Positions 32,991 through 39,620 of a stretch of 64,000 nucleotides of DNA are shown here, one piece after another. The stretch is taken from assembly GCA_963749495.1 (NCBI GenBank), contig CAVVMW010000007.1, positions 1 through 64,000 on the forward strand, written 5' to 3'. Position numbers and translations under genes: made by a program. Each line of letters starts with the position of its first letter. Position 1 is the first letter of the stretch. Origin of the DNA: an uncultured bacterium. Lineage in GTDB: Bacteria > Verrucomicrobiota > Verrucomicrobiia > Limisphaerales > UBA8199. Under the pieces are notes generated by a model that made no database searches, was not told where the DNA came from, and saw nothing but the letters and a program-made list of their open reading frames with translations.

Positions 32991-32996
32991 ATTTCT

Positions 32997-33082
32997 CGGC
33001 CGGTGTGCGAGCAGCAAAACAGGCGGTCCGTAAAACCGTTGCCCTCCGGGCTTCATTGGTGCAAGTCCAATCCGGCCGACCA
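32997..33082 (+). tRNA. tRNA-Tyr(GTA), C33
   Basis: GCGGT-CCGTAAA-ACCGT; variable arm; CCA. Confidence 0.8.
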
Positions 33083-33094
33083 GACCTTATTCAT

Positions 33095-33187
33095 CGCGGA
33101 GTAGAGTAGCCCGGTCTAACTCTCTGGTCTCATAAGCCAGAACGACCCAAAAGGTTGTCGTTGGTTCGAATCCAACCTCCGCAACCA
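33095..33187 (+). tRNA. tRNA-Met(CAT) with C1xA72 and long variable arm
   Basis: Canonical GG D-loop and TTCGAAT T-loop; ACGACC-CAAAA-GGTTGT extra arm; CCA. Confidence 0.85.
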
Positions 33188-33208
33188 TTTCCGAGCGTGA
33201 AGCCGAAT

Positions 33209-33285
33209 GGTGAGTGTAGCATAACCAGTAATGCCCGAGATTGTGGGTCTCGCTTATGCGGATGCAACTTCCGTCACTCACCCCA
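33209..33285 (+). tRNA. tRNA-His(GTG)
   Basis: G-1:C73; CGAGA-TTGTGGG-TCTCG. Confidence 0.85.
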
Positions 33286-33292
33286 ATTTCAA

Positions 33293-33367
33293 CGGGATGT
33301 AGCTCAGGAGCAGAGCGCCGGTCTGGGGGACCGGAGGCCGAGATTGCGAAATTCTCCATCCCGACCA
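33293..33367 (+). tRNA. tRNA-Pro(GGG)
   Basis: CCGGT-CTGGGGG-ACCGG; C1:G72, A73. Confidence 0.85.
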
Positions 33368-33455
33368 TTTTATGGGCCAACCCTCAACAGGCCAAGCGGC
33401 CGTCTCGAAAGTGACATTTCGGAGCGTGTCGCCGCGGTTGGCAGGCGTCTTCAGG

Positions 33456-33529
33456 GCCCCGTTAGCTCAAAAGCAGAGCGATCGGTCGATAACCGGTAGA
33501 CGCTGGCGCAATACCAGCACGGGGTACCA
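33456..33529 (+). tRNA. tRNA-Ile(GAT), C33
   Basis: ATCGG-TCGATAA-CCGGT; CCA. Confidence 0.8.
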
Positions 33530-33535
33530 ATTCCC

Positions 33536-33614
33536 GTCCGCGAATGCAAAGCCAGCTCGAGCGCCCTGCCTTTCAAGCAGGCCCTATCGGATGCGAGATC
33601 CGACGCGGACGCCA
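33536..33614 (+). tRNA. tRNA-Glu(TTC)
   Basis: CCTGC-CTTTCAA-GCAGG; CCA. Confidence 0.8.
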
Positions 33615-33618
33615 ATTT

Positions 33619-33694
33619 GCGAGTGAAGCGTATAACAGGAGCACGCAACCCAGCCAGAGGCATGGTGGAAGTGCAACTCCCTTCAACCGCTCCA
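33619..33694 (+). pseudogene. Degenerate tRNA-Gly-like
   Basis: GCG...CGC-T-CCA ends with poorly paired stems. Confidence 0.45.
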
Positions 33695-33702
33695 AAGTTT
33701 GC

Positions 33703-33787
33703 GGGCATGTGGCGAAACGAGGAGACGCGCGAGCCTCAGAAGCTCGTGGAGAAATCCGTGGAGATGCAAGTTCTCCCATGCCCACCA
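33703..33787 (+). tRNA. tRNA-Leu(CAG)
   Basis: CGAGC-CTCAGAA-GCTCG; long variable arm; CCA. Confidence 0.85.
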
Positions 33788-33795
33788 CTTTTCAA

Positions 33796-33872
33796 GACCC
33801 GGTGGTGTAGTCAGTCAACACGCCTGCCTCTCACGCAGGAGATCATGGGGGCGGAGCCCATCCGGGTCGCCA
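33796..33872 (+). tRNA. tRNA-Glu(CTC)
   Basis: CCTGC-CTCTCAC-GCAGG; CCA. Confidence 0.85.
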
Positions 33873-33879
33873 CGTTTAA

Positions 33880-33954
33880 CGGGGCGTAGCCTAGAAGCCA
33901 GGCACATGCTTCGGGAGCATGACCAGGCCGGTGCAAGTCCGGCCGCCCCGACCA
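33880..33954 (+). tRNA. tRNA-Pro(CGG)
   Basis: CATGC-TTCGGGA-GCATG; CCA. Confidence 0.85.
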
Positions 33955-33959
33955 TTTAT

Positions 33960-34048
33960 GGAAGGCGTCCGGATAGACGAGGACAGCGGCTTGAACCCGC
34001 TCGGGCTCCCTGCGGGCCTCTGGGGTGCGAATCCCTAGCCTTCCGCCA
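33960..34048 (+). tRNA. tRNA-Ser(TGA)
   Basis: AGCGG-CTTGAAC-CCGCT; variable arm; G73 CCA. Confidence 0.85.
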
Positions 34049-34131
34049 ACTTCCTGTGCGGGCCGAGCGGTCCCGGGTTGCCGCTCGTGTAGATGCTCAC
34101 CGGATCACGCAACGAGCCCGTGAGATATCTT

Positions 34132-34220
34132 GGAGGGGGACCGGCATCAACGAGGACCCTGGTTGGAAACCAGGCGCGGCTTCAAAACCGTCATGGGCGC
34201 AATTCCCATCCCCTCCGCCA
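34132..34220 (+). tRNA. tRNA-Ser(GGA)
   Basis: CCTGG-TTGGAAA-CCAGG; variable arm; CCA. Confidence 0.85.
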
Positions 34221-34228
34221 ATTTGTGT

Positions 34229-34303
34229 TCCAGAGTGGTGTCAAAGTAGCCCGCTCGCCTGTTAAGCGATGAGGTGCTGGTGCGAGTCCAGCCTCTGGAG
34301 CCA
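34229..34303 (+). tRNA. tRNA-Asn(GTT)
   Basis: TCGC-CTGTTAA-GCGA; CCA. Confidence 0.85.
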
Positions 34304-34312
34304 CTTTATGAT

Positions 34313-34404
34313 GGAGCGTCAACCGGACAAGCGTGCCGGGACTGTTTGCTAAGCAGATCGACCCTCGAAAGGGGCTTGTGGAGCATGTCCACGGCGCTCC
34401 GCCA
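34313..34404 (+). tRNA. tRNA-Ser(GCT), 8/4-type cloverleaf
   Basis: 8-bp acceptor GGAGCGTC/GGCGCTCC; 4-bp T-stem GTGG-AGCATGT-CCAC; TTGCTAA loop. Confidence 0.75.
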
Positions 34405-34405
34405 C

Positions 34406-34494
34406 GGATGAGGACCGGCACAGACGAGGAAACCGATTCGAAATCGGCTGCGGCCTAAGAACCGTCGCGGGTGCGATTCCCGCCTCATCCGCCA
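34406..34494 (+). tRNA. tRNA-Ser(CGA)
   Basis: CCGA-TTCGAAA-TCGG; variable arm; CCA. Confidence 0.85.
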
Positions 34495-34534
34495 ATTTCC
34501 ATTTCACTCCCGAAAGCCTTCGGGAGTCATCTGC

Positions 34535-34610
34535 CGCCACGTAATTCAACATCCAGAATGCGCGCCCGATTAGCGCGTCGTTGGGGGTGAAAATCCCTCC
34601 GTGGCGACCA
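34535..34610 (+). tRNA. tRNA(GAT), Ile-like, C33/T37
   Basis: CGCGC-CCGATTA-GCGCG; CCA. Confidence 0.7.
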
Positions 34611-34615
34611 GCTTT

Positions 34616-34691
34616 GTCCCTGTACCTCAATTACCAGAGAAACTCCGTCCTAAGGAGAAGGTTGCTGGTGGGAGTCCAGCCAGGGACGCCA
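34616..34691 (+). tRNA. tRNA-Arg(CCT)
   Basis: CTCC-GTCCTAA-GGAG; CCA. Confidence 0.8.
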
Positions 34692-34698
34692 ATCTTCC

Positions 34699-34773
34699 GC
34701 GGGTGTGGTGTAAGCAGTAGCACGAGACGTTGCCAGCGTTTTAGTCCGGATGCGAATTCCGGTACCCGCACCA
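34699..34773 (+). tRNA. tRNA-Gly(GCC)
   Basis: AGACG-TTGCCAG-CGTTT; CCA. Confidence 0.85.
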
Positions 34774-34781
34774 TTTTTTCG

Positions 34782-34857
34782 GCTCCCGTAGCTCAGGGCA
34801 TAGAGCGCATCCCTCCGGAGGATGAGGCCGCTGGTGAGATCCCAGCCGGGAGCACCA
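34782..34857 (+). tRNA. tRNA-Arg(CCG)
   Basis: CATCC-CTCCGGA-GGATG; CCA. Confidence 0.85.
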
Positions 34858-34861
34858 TCTC

Positions 34862-34944
34862 AAATGAAGAATGGAGAATGCAGAATGCAGAATGGGGATG
34901 ACGAAACCCTCATTCTGCATTCTTCATTCTGCATTCTGCATTTT
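34862..34944. repeat. Inverted array of 7-nt repeats, (AATGCAG)n / (CTGCATT)n hairpin
   Basis: aatgaag-aatggag-aatgcag-aatgcag-aatgggg ... cattctg-cattctt-cattctg-cattctg-catttt. Confidence 0.85.
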
Positions 34945-34948
34945 AAAC

Positions 34949-35024
34949 GCCTCCGTGCCTCAGCAGCAACAGGACCTCCTTCGTAAAGAGGAAACCGTCG
35001 GTGCAAGTCCGACCGGAGGCTCCA
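34949..35024 (+). tRNA. tRNA-Thr(CGT)
   Basis: TTCGTAA loop; GCCTCCG/CGGAGGC; CCA. Confidence 0.8.
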
Positions 35025-35033
35025 ATTTGAGCC

Positions 35034-35110
35034 GTCCAGCGACCGAGCAAGTGAACGGACACGTCTGCAAAACGTTTTGTTGCAGGGAGCGTTACCCTGG
35101 CTGGACTCCA
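35034..35110 (+). tRNA. tRNA-Cys(GCA)
   Basis: ACGT-CTGCAAA-ACGT; U73 CCA. Confidence 0.85.
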
Positions 35111-35204
35111 TTTCCACGTCTCCCTAAACACCATGTGGCTCGAGTGCCCGCGCCTCAAGCAATTGTCAGGACGGGTGCGGGAACTCGCCGGGACGCTGAT
35201 TTCT

Positions 35205-35281
35205 GTGGGAGTCGCTTAGCCAGTTAAAGCACCTGCGTGACATGCAGGAGATCGCCGGCGCGAATCCGGCCTCCCACACCA
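35205..35281 (+). tRNA. tRNA-Val(GAC)
   Basis: CCTGC-GTGACAT-GCAGG; CCA. Confidence 0.85.
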
Positions 35282-35287
35282 TGTTTT

Positions 35288-35362
35288 GCCCCCGAAGAAT
35301 AGACAGCGATTCGCGGCCTCGGTAAGGCCGACAGCTCGGTGCAAGCCCGAGCGGGGGCTCCA
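35288..35362 (+). tRNA. tRNA-Thr(GGT), C33
   Basis: CGGCC-TCGGTAA-GGCCG; CCA. Confidence 0.85.
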
Positions 35363-35369
35363 TCGTCAC

Positions 35370-35445
35370 GCGCCGGTAACTCAACATCCAGAGTACGGGC
35401 CCCTTAAGCCTGAAGTTGTGGGCGAGACTCCCACCCGGCGCACCA
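35370..35445 (+). tRNA. tRNA-Lys(CTT), C33
   Basis: CGGGC-CCCTTAA-GCCTG; CCA. Confidence 0.8.
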
Positions 35446-35450
35446 ATTCT

Positions 35451-35525
35451 GCGGGCGTGGCTTAACAGAAGAGCGCTTCATTCACACTGAAGAGGTCGCT
35501 GGGGCAGCACCAGCCGTCCGCACCA
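35451..35525 (+). tRNA. tRNA-Val(CAC)
   Basis: CTTCA-TTCACAC-TGAAG; CCA. Confidence 0.85.
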
Positions 35526-35535
35526 TTCTGATAGA

Positions 35536-35612
35536 GCCCCTCGTAGCTTAAAACACAAAGCGCGGCGCTTCGAACCTCGGAGATGCAGGTGGAATTCCTG
35601 CTGGGGACGCCA
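35536..35612 (+). tRNA. tRNA-Arg(TCG), partly degenerate
   Basis: CTTCGAA loop on a weak stem; intact T-arm; CCA. Confidence 0.55.
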
Positions 35613-35636
35613 GCCTTATGAAACTCTCAATTATAT

Positions 35637-35716
35637 GGGCACGAGTCCAAAGTAGCCGAGGTGCCGCCCTGTCACGGCGGATATTCTAGCCGGTGCGAGC
35701 CCGGTCGTGCCCGCCA
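35637..35716 (+). tRNA. tRNA-Asp(GTC)
   Basis: CCGCC-CTGTCAC-GGCGG; G73 CCA. Confidence 0.85.
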
Positions 35717-35798
35717 TTTTCCCAGCCCGTTTACGTGATTGCGCTGCCTGGGTCCCGCAACACATTGGGCGAGCATCATGGGGATGCGGATTCCATCT

Positions 35799-35873
35799 GC
35801 CGGCCAAGCATAGATAGCGATGCGCGGGTCCTGTAAACCTGGCAGCAGAGTGCATGTCTCTGGGTCGGCTCCA
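35799..35873 (+). tRNA. tRNA-Thr(TGT), C33
   Basis: CGGGT-CCTGTAA-ACCTG; CCA. Confidence 0.8.
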
Positions 35874-35879
35874 TTTGCC

Positions 35880-35963
35880 GGGCACGTGGTTCACGGAGAA
35901 TAGCAGATCCACCTGACTTAGGATCAGGCAGCCTTGGAGGTGCAACTCCTCTCGTGCCCACCA
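35880..35963 (+). tRNA. tRNA-Leu(TAG), expanded D region, short variable loop
   Basis: CCTGA-CTTAGGA-TCAGG; CCA. Confidence 0.8.
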
Positions 35964-35971
35964 ATTTCAAT

Positions 35972-36187
35972 CGTCCCGTAGCTGAGACACGCAAGCCGCG
36001 CTGGAAGGAGACTGGCAAAAACCGCCGGACGACCGGTGACCACCGACAGCAGATCCGAAATGCTGGCGATAGCAACTCCTTCCCTTTAATGGAGGGTGAT
36101 CACGCGAGGCAGAGATTGCTCGGCTGCACGTGGCCACGGCAGTTGGGTACTCCGAGACGAGAGGTAGCCGCCTCTCCGGGACGACCA
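35972..36187 (+). ncRNA. 216-nt tRNA-like RNA with a large structured insertion in place of the anticodon arm
   Basis: CGTCCCG/CGGGACG-A-CCA acceptor, D-arm at the 5' end and T-like arm at the 3' end. Confidence 0.7.
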
Positions 36188-36236
36188 TTTTATCAGGCGG
36201 GCAAGAAAACCCAATCGAGTTGCCATCACCTTTTGT

Positions 36237-36329
36237 GGGGGCGTGATGTAAAGAGCATCGTCCGTCTTATGAACGGAAGTCGCACTAGATGAGTGCCGTG
36301 TGTCGGAGCGTTACCGGCCGCCCCTACCA
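36237..36329 (+). tRNA. tRNA(TAT), Ile-anticodon, long variable arm
   Basis: TCCGT-CTTATGA-ACGGA; GCACT-AGATG-AGTGC extra arm; CCA. Confidence 0.75.
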
Positions 36330-36435
36330 GCCTTCGCCGCCTGCGCCAGCGGACGGCGAAGGCTGCCGCGCCGGAGCGCAGCGGAGGCGGGCTTCATGCG
36401 CGATGCGCCAAGAGCGGCTACGGCTTGGCAAGCCA
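36328..36435. repeat. REP-like palindromic element
   Basis: CAGCCTTCGCC...GGCGAAGGCTG hairpin followed by GGCTACGGCTTGGCAAGCCA. Confidence 0.55.
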
Positions 36436-36440
36436 TTTCT

Positions 36441-36524
36441 GCCCGTGTGACCTAAGCGCGAACAGCACAGCGCGGCGGCTTAAACCCGCAGGTTTTGCGA
36501 GTGCAAGTCCCGCCACGGGCACCA
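36441..36524 (+). tRNA. tRNA-Leu(TAA), expanded D region, short variable loop
   Basis: GCGG-CTTAAAC-CCGC; CCA. Confidence 0.8.
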
Positions 36525-36530
36525 TTTTTC

Positions 36531-36614
36531 CGGCGTGTGGTTTACCGGGAACAGCAGACCGGTTCGGCTCAAAACCGAACAGCCTTGGGAGTGCAAGTCT
36601 CCCCACGCCGACCA
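36531..36614 (+). tRNA. tRNA-Leu(CAA), expanded D region, short variable loop
   Basis: TTCGG-CTCAAAA-CCGAA; CCA. Confidence 0.8.
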
Positions 36615-36619
36615 CTTTC

Positions 36620-36697
36620 GGATTCGTCACTGGACAAGCGCGGCGGGGTTGCCTGGACAGCAGCCGTCCTCGCAGGCAGCACCACACGGATCCGCCA
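36620..36697 (+). pseudogene. Degenerate tRNA-Ser(GGA)-like
   Basis: GGATTCG/CGGATCC-G-CCA; GTTGC-CTGGACA-GCAGC; broken T-arm. Confidence 0.5.
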
Positions 36698-36698
36698 T

Positions 36699-36782
36699 GG
36701 GCACGTGGTTAAGCGAGAATAGAAGATCCCGTCGGTCGAGAGCCGGCGAGCCTTACGCGTGCAAGTCGCGTCGTGCCCACCA
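36699..36782 (+). tRNA. tRNA-Leu(GAG), C33, expanded D region
   Basis: GTCGG-TCGAGAG-CCGGC; CCA. Confidence 0.8.
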
Positions 36783-36789
36783 ACAACTT

Positions 36790-36863
36790 CGCCCGGTGGT
36801 GAAATAGAATCACGGCTGGCCTACACCCAGCAATCGATGGAGCGTAACCGTCCCGGACGACCA
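36790..36863 (+). tRNA. tRNA-Val(TAC), C33
   Basis: GCTGG-CCTACAC-CCAGC; CCA. Confidence 0.8.
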
Positions 36864-36869
36864 CTTTAT

Positions 36870-36944
36870 TGCCCCGTGGTGTAATCAGGAGCGCGTCGGA
36901 CTCTGGATCCGAAGGACTTGGAGCAAAACCAGGCGGGGCAGCCA
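36870..36944 (+). tRNA. tRNA-Gln(CTG)
   Basis: TCGGA-CTCTGGA-TCCGA; CCA. Confidence 0.85.
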
Positions 36945-36987
36945 AACTTGGCAACTCGGCGACACCAACAAAGAACAGAACACCAGA

Positions 36988-37578
36988 ATGGACATCATGG
37001 GCAACATATTAGGCAAGGCGATTGTGCTGGTGCTGAACCGCAACTGGCAAGCCATCAATGTGCGCACGCCCCAGGAGGCGTTTTGCATGATGGCAACGAA
37101 CGTGGCCACCGGTTTGGAGATCGAGGGGGAGGACCACATCCGCCCGGTCACCTGGGAGGAGTGGATCACATTGCCCATCCGTGACCAGGACGAGGCGGTG
37201 CACACCGTTCGCGGCCGGATTCGTGTTCCGACCGTCATCGTGGCCGTGAATTATGCCAAGGTCCCGAAGAAACGCCCGAAGCTCTGTGCCAGGGCCATTC
37301 GCGAGCGCGACCGCAATCGCTGCCAGTATACCGGCCGGGTGCTCCATCCGGAGGAGGGCAGCCTGGACCACGTCCTACCGAGGTCTCGTGGCGGCCGGGA
37401 CACCTGGGAGAACCTGGTTTGGGCCAGCAAAGAGGTGAATCAGCGCAAAGCCGATCGTCTGCCGCATGAGGCTGGACTGAGGCTCCTGTCCCATCCGCGT
37501 GCGCCCAAGGAGATGCCTGTTTCGGCCCTCATCCGCAACCCAGCACAGGTTGAGGACTGGAACCTGTTCCTTGGCTGA
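36988..37578 (+). CDS. HNH endonuclease
   Basis: VLVLNRNW...RDRNRCQYTG...SLDHVLPRSRGG..TWENLV...N..K. Confidence 0.9.
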   Translation: MDIMGNILGKAIVLVLNRNWQAINVRTPQEAFCMMATNVATGLEIEGEDHIRPVTWEEWITLPIRDQDEAVHTVRGRIRVPTVIVAVNYAKVPKKRPKLCARAIRERDRNRCQYTGRVLHPEEGSLDHVLPRSRGGRDTWENLVWASKEVNQRKADRLPHEAGLRLLSHPRAPKEMPVSALIRNPAQVEDWNLFLG

Positions 37579-37731
37579 AAAATCAAACCGGCGGTGTGCC
37601 CTTGGACACCGCCGGTTCTACCGAACCGAGAATTCTGACTACCCCAGAGGCTTCGCCCAAAGCAACCTTCGCCAAAGGCGTCTGATTGAACGTGCCAATG
37701 AGCACAGGACATTATAGAAGAACGCTCGGCT

Positions 37732-38472
37732 ATGGGCGCCACCCGTGACGATTTTGTGAAGTATCCGCGCACCCCGCACCTGTTTGGTTCGAGGGGCACG
37801 GACGACGACCGCCATTTGAGCCGCAGGGAGTCGGAGGCCTTCATCCGCGATCCCTCGCTCATCGTGGAAGAGAAGCTGGACGGGACGAACGTAGGGATTC
37901 ACCTCACGAGGCAAGGCCGGATGGTGCTCCAGTGTCGCGGGCATGAGATCCGGGCTGGGATGCACCCGCAGTACGACCTGTTCAAGCAGTGGACGGTGGC
38001 GAAACGACCGGCGCTGGAGGCGATGTTGGAAAATCGCTACATCCTCTTTGGCGAGTGGCTGTACGCCAAACATTCGGTTCAGTATCGGAATCTGCCGCAC
38101 TATTTCTTCGAGTTCGATATCTACGACAAAGAGACGGGCCATTTCCTGGATCTGAAGACCAGGCTCGCCATCCTGAAAGGCACCTCCATCCCCACGGTGC
38201 CGGTCATCCATCGAGGCGCGCTCACGGCGGAGCAATTGCCGCGGCTAATCCAGGCCTCGGCTTTCGACAGCCTGTTTGAAAACCCGACCACCGGCCAGCC
38301 AGACCGTCTCATGGAGGGTCTTTACCTGCGGATCGAAGCGAACGGAACCGTCACCGGCCGCGCGAAATTCGTGCGCATCGAGTTTGTGGAGAAAGTGAAG
38401 CAGAGCGAGCACTGGCAGCAGAGGACGATGGTGCCGAACCTGTTGGCCAAAGGCGCCGACATCTGGAAATGA
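37732..38472 (+). CDS. ATP-dependent RNA ligase family protein
   Basis: KYPRTPHL, motif [34 protein letters not shown]. Confidence 0.88.
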   Translation: MGATRDDFVKYPRTPHLFGSRGTDDDRHLSRRESEAFIRDPSLIVEEKLDGTNVGIHLTRQGRMVLQCRGHEIRAGMHPQYDLFKQWTVAKRPALEAMLENRYILFGEWLYAKHSVQYRNLPHYFFEFDIYDKETGHFLDLKTRLAILKGTSIPTVPVIHRGALTAEQLPRLIQASAFDSLFENPTTGQPDRLMEGLYLRIEANGTVTGRAKFVRIEFVEKVKQSEHWQQRTMVPNLLAKGADIWK

Positions 38473-39590
38473 AGACGTGGAGCGCCGTGCAGGAAGCGAC
38501 CAACGCCGAGATTCTGGCTTGGGCACGATCGCAGCCTTGGGCGCGTGCCATGGCGGCCTGCCCCCAGGACCCGCAATGGCACGCGGAGGGCGATGTGTGG
38601 ACGCACACGCAAATGGTCTGCGCCGAACTGGAACACGCCGGGGAATGGCCTCTGCTGGACCGTTGCTCCCAATTGAAGCTTCTGTTCACCGGGCTTTTTC
38701 ACGATGCCGGAAAACCGGCAACCACCGCGCTCGATCCAGAAACCGGCCGGATCCGCTCTCCCAACCATTCGCAGGCCAGCGCGGAGCTCGCCAGGCGGGC
38801 TTTGCGCGATTTGGGCTGTGACCTTGCGGTTCGGGAAGAAATCGCCCGTTTGGTTCGGTTCCACAGCCGGCCCCCGTACCTGCTGGAGAAGCCCAATCCC
38901 GAGCGCGAGGTCATCTCGCTTTCCTGGTTGGTCAGCAACCGCCTCCTCTACCTCTTTGCCGCCGCCGACACACGTGGGCGGAAGGCCGAGGAAATGGTCT
39001 GGCCGGAGGAGCAGGTCCATCTCTGGAAATCTTTGGCAGAGGAGCACGGCTGTTTTGACCAACCGTATGCCTTCCCCAATGACCAAGCCCGCTTTCTCTT
39101 CTACCGCGACAGGCTCACCAGTTTGCACTACCAGCCGCATGAGAATTATCGTTGCACAGTCACCCTGATGTCGGGCCTGCCCGGCGCTGGCAAGGACACA
39201 TGGCTGGCGCGTCACCGTCCGCAGCTTCCGGTGGTTTCCCTGGATGCGGTGCGCGAGGATCTCGACACGGAGGCCACGGCTAACCAGGGCAAGGTCATCC
39301 AAACAGCGCGCGAGCGGTGCCGGCAACACCTGCGCGCAGGAATGGACTTCGCGTTCAATGCGACGAATATCACCCGCCAAATGCGCCGGCGCTGGATCGA
39401 CTTGTTTGCCGATTACGGCGCGCGCATCGAAATCGCGTATCTTGAACCCGAGTTGGCCACCATCCTTGCCCGTAACAAGCGGCGCAAGCGCCCTGTCCCC
39501 GAGAAGGTGATCCTGGATTTGAGCGGGCAGGCCGAACCCCCGACCGCTACCGAATGCCACAGTTTGGCATATTTCGGGAGCGGGTGCTGA
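38469..39590 (+). CDS. HD-domain phosphohydrolase fused to P-loop (polynucleotide-kinase-like) domain
   Basis: [18 protein letters not shown], then [12 protein letters not shown] and FNATN. Confidence 0.88.
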   Translation: MKTWSAVQEATNAEILAWARSQPWARAMAACPQDPQWHAEGDVWTHTQMVCAELEHAGEWPLLDRCSQLKLLFTGLFHDAGKPATTALDPETGRIRSPNHSQASAELARRALRDLGCDLAVREEIARLVRFHSRPPYLLEKPNPEREVISLSWLVSNRLLYLFAAADTRGRKAEEMVWPEEQVHLWKSLAEEHGCFDQPYAFPNDQARFLFYRDRLTSLHYQPHENYRCTVTLMSGLPGAGKDTWLARHRPQLPVVSLDAVREDLDTEATANQGKVIQTARERCRQHLRAGMDFAFNATNITRQMRRRWIDLFADYGARIEIAYLEPELATILARNKRRKRPVPEKVILDLSGQAEPPTATECHSLAYFGSGC

Positions 39591-39620
39591 TAATCAACGA
39601 TCCGTAACCTCCAGCCGGCT

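Larger units (their letters stand above)
31679..36944 (+). other. tRNA gene array (about 47 anticodon-bearing tRNAs plus tRNA-like RNAs)
   Basis: Consecutive hand-folded cloverleafs, most ending in encoded CCA followed by T-rich spacers. Confidence 0.95.

Noticed and set aside
34862..34944. CRISPR array (here and at 51270)
   Set aside because: Short tandem 7- or 9-mers without spacers; no cas genes anywhere in the window.
35972..36187. tmRNA or group I intron-containing tRNA
   Set aside because: No G3:U70 and no evident tag frame or group I core; the insert is short. Left as an unknown RNA.
33960..36524. Possible nonsense-suppressor tRNAs (anticodons TGA, TAG, TAA)
   Set aside because: These anticodons read UCA, CUA and UUA sense codons; no CTA, TTA or TCA anticodon was found centred in a 7-nt loop.
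31485..36954. Numerous ORFs listed across the tRNA array
   Set aside because: They overlap well-formed tRNA cloverleafs and show no protein-like motifs; treated as shadow ORFs.
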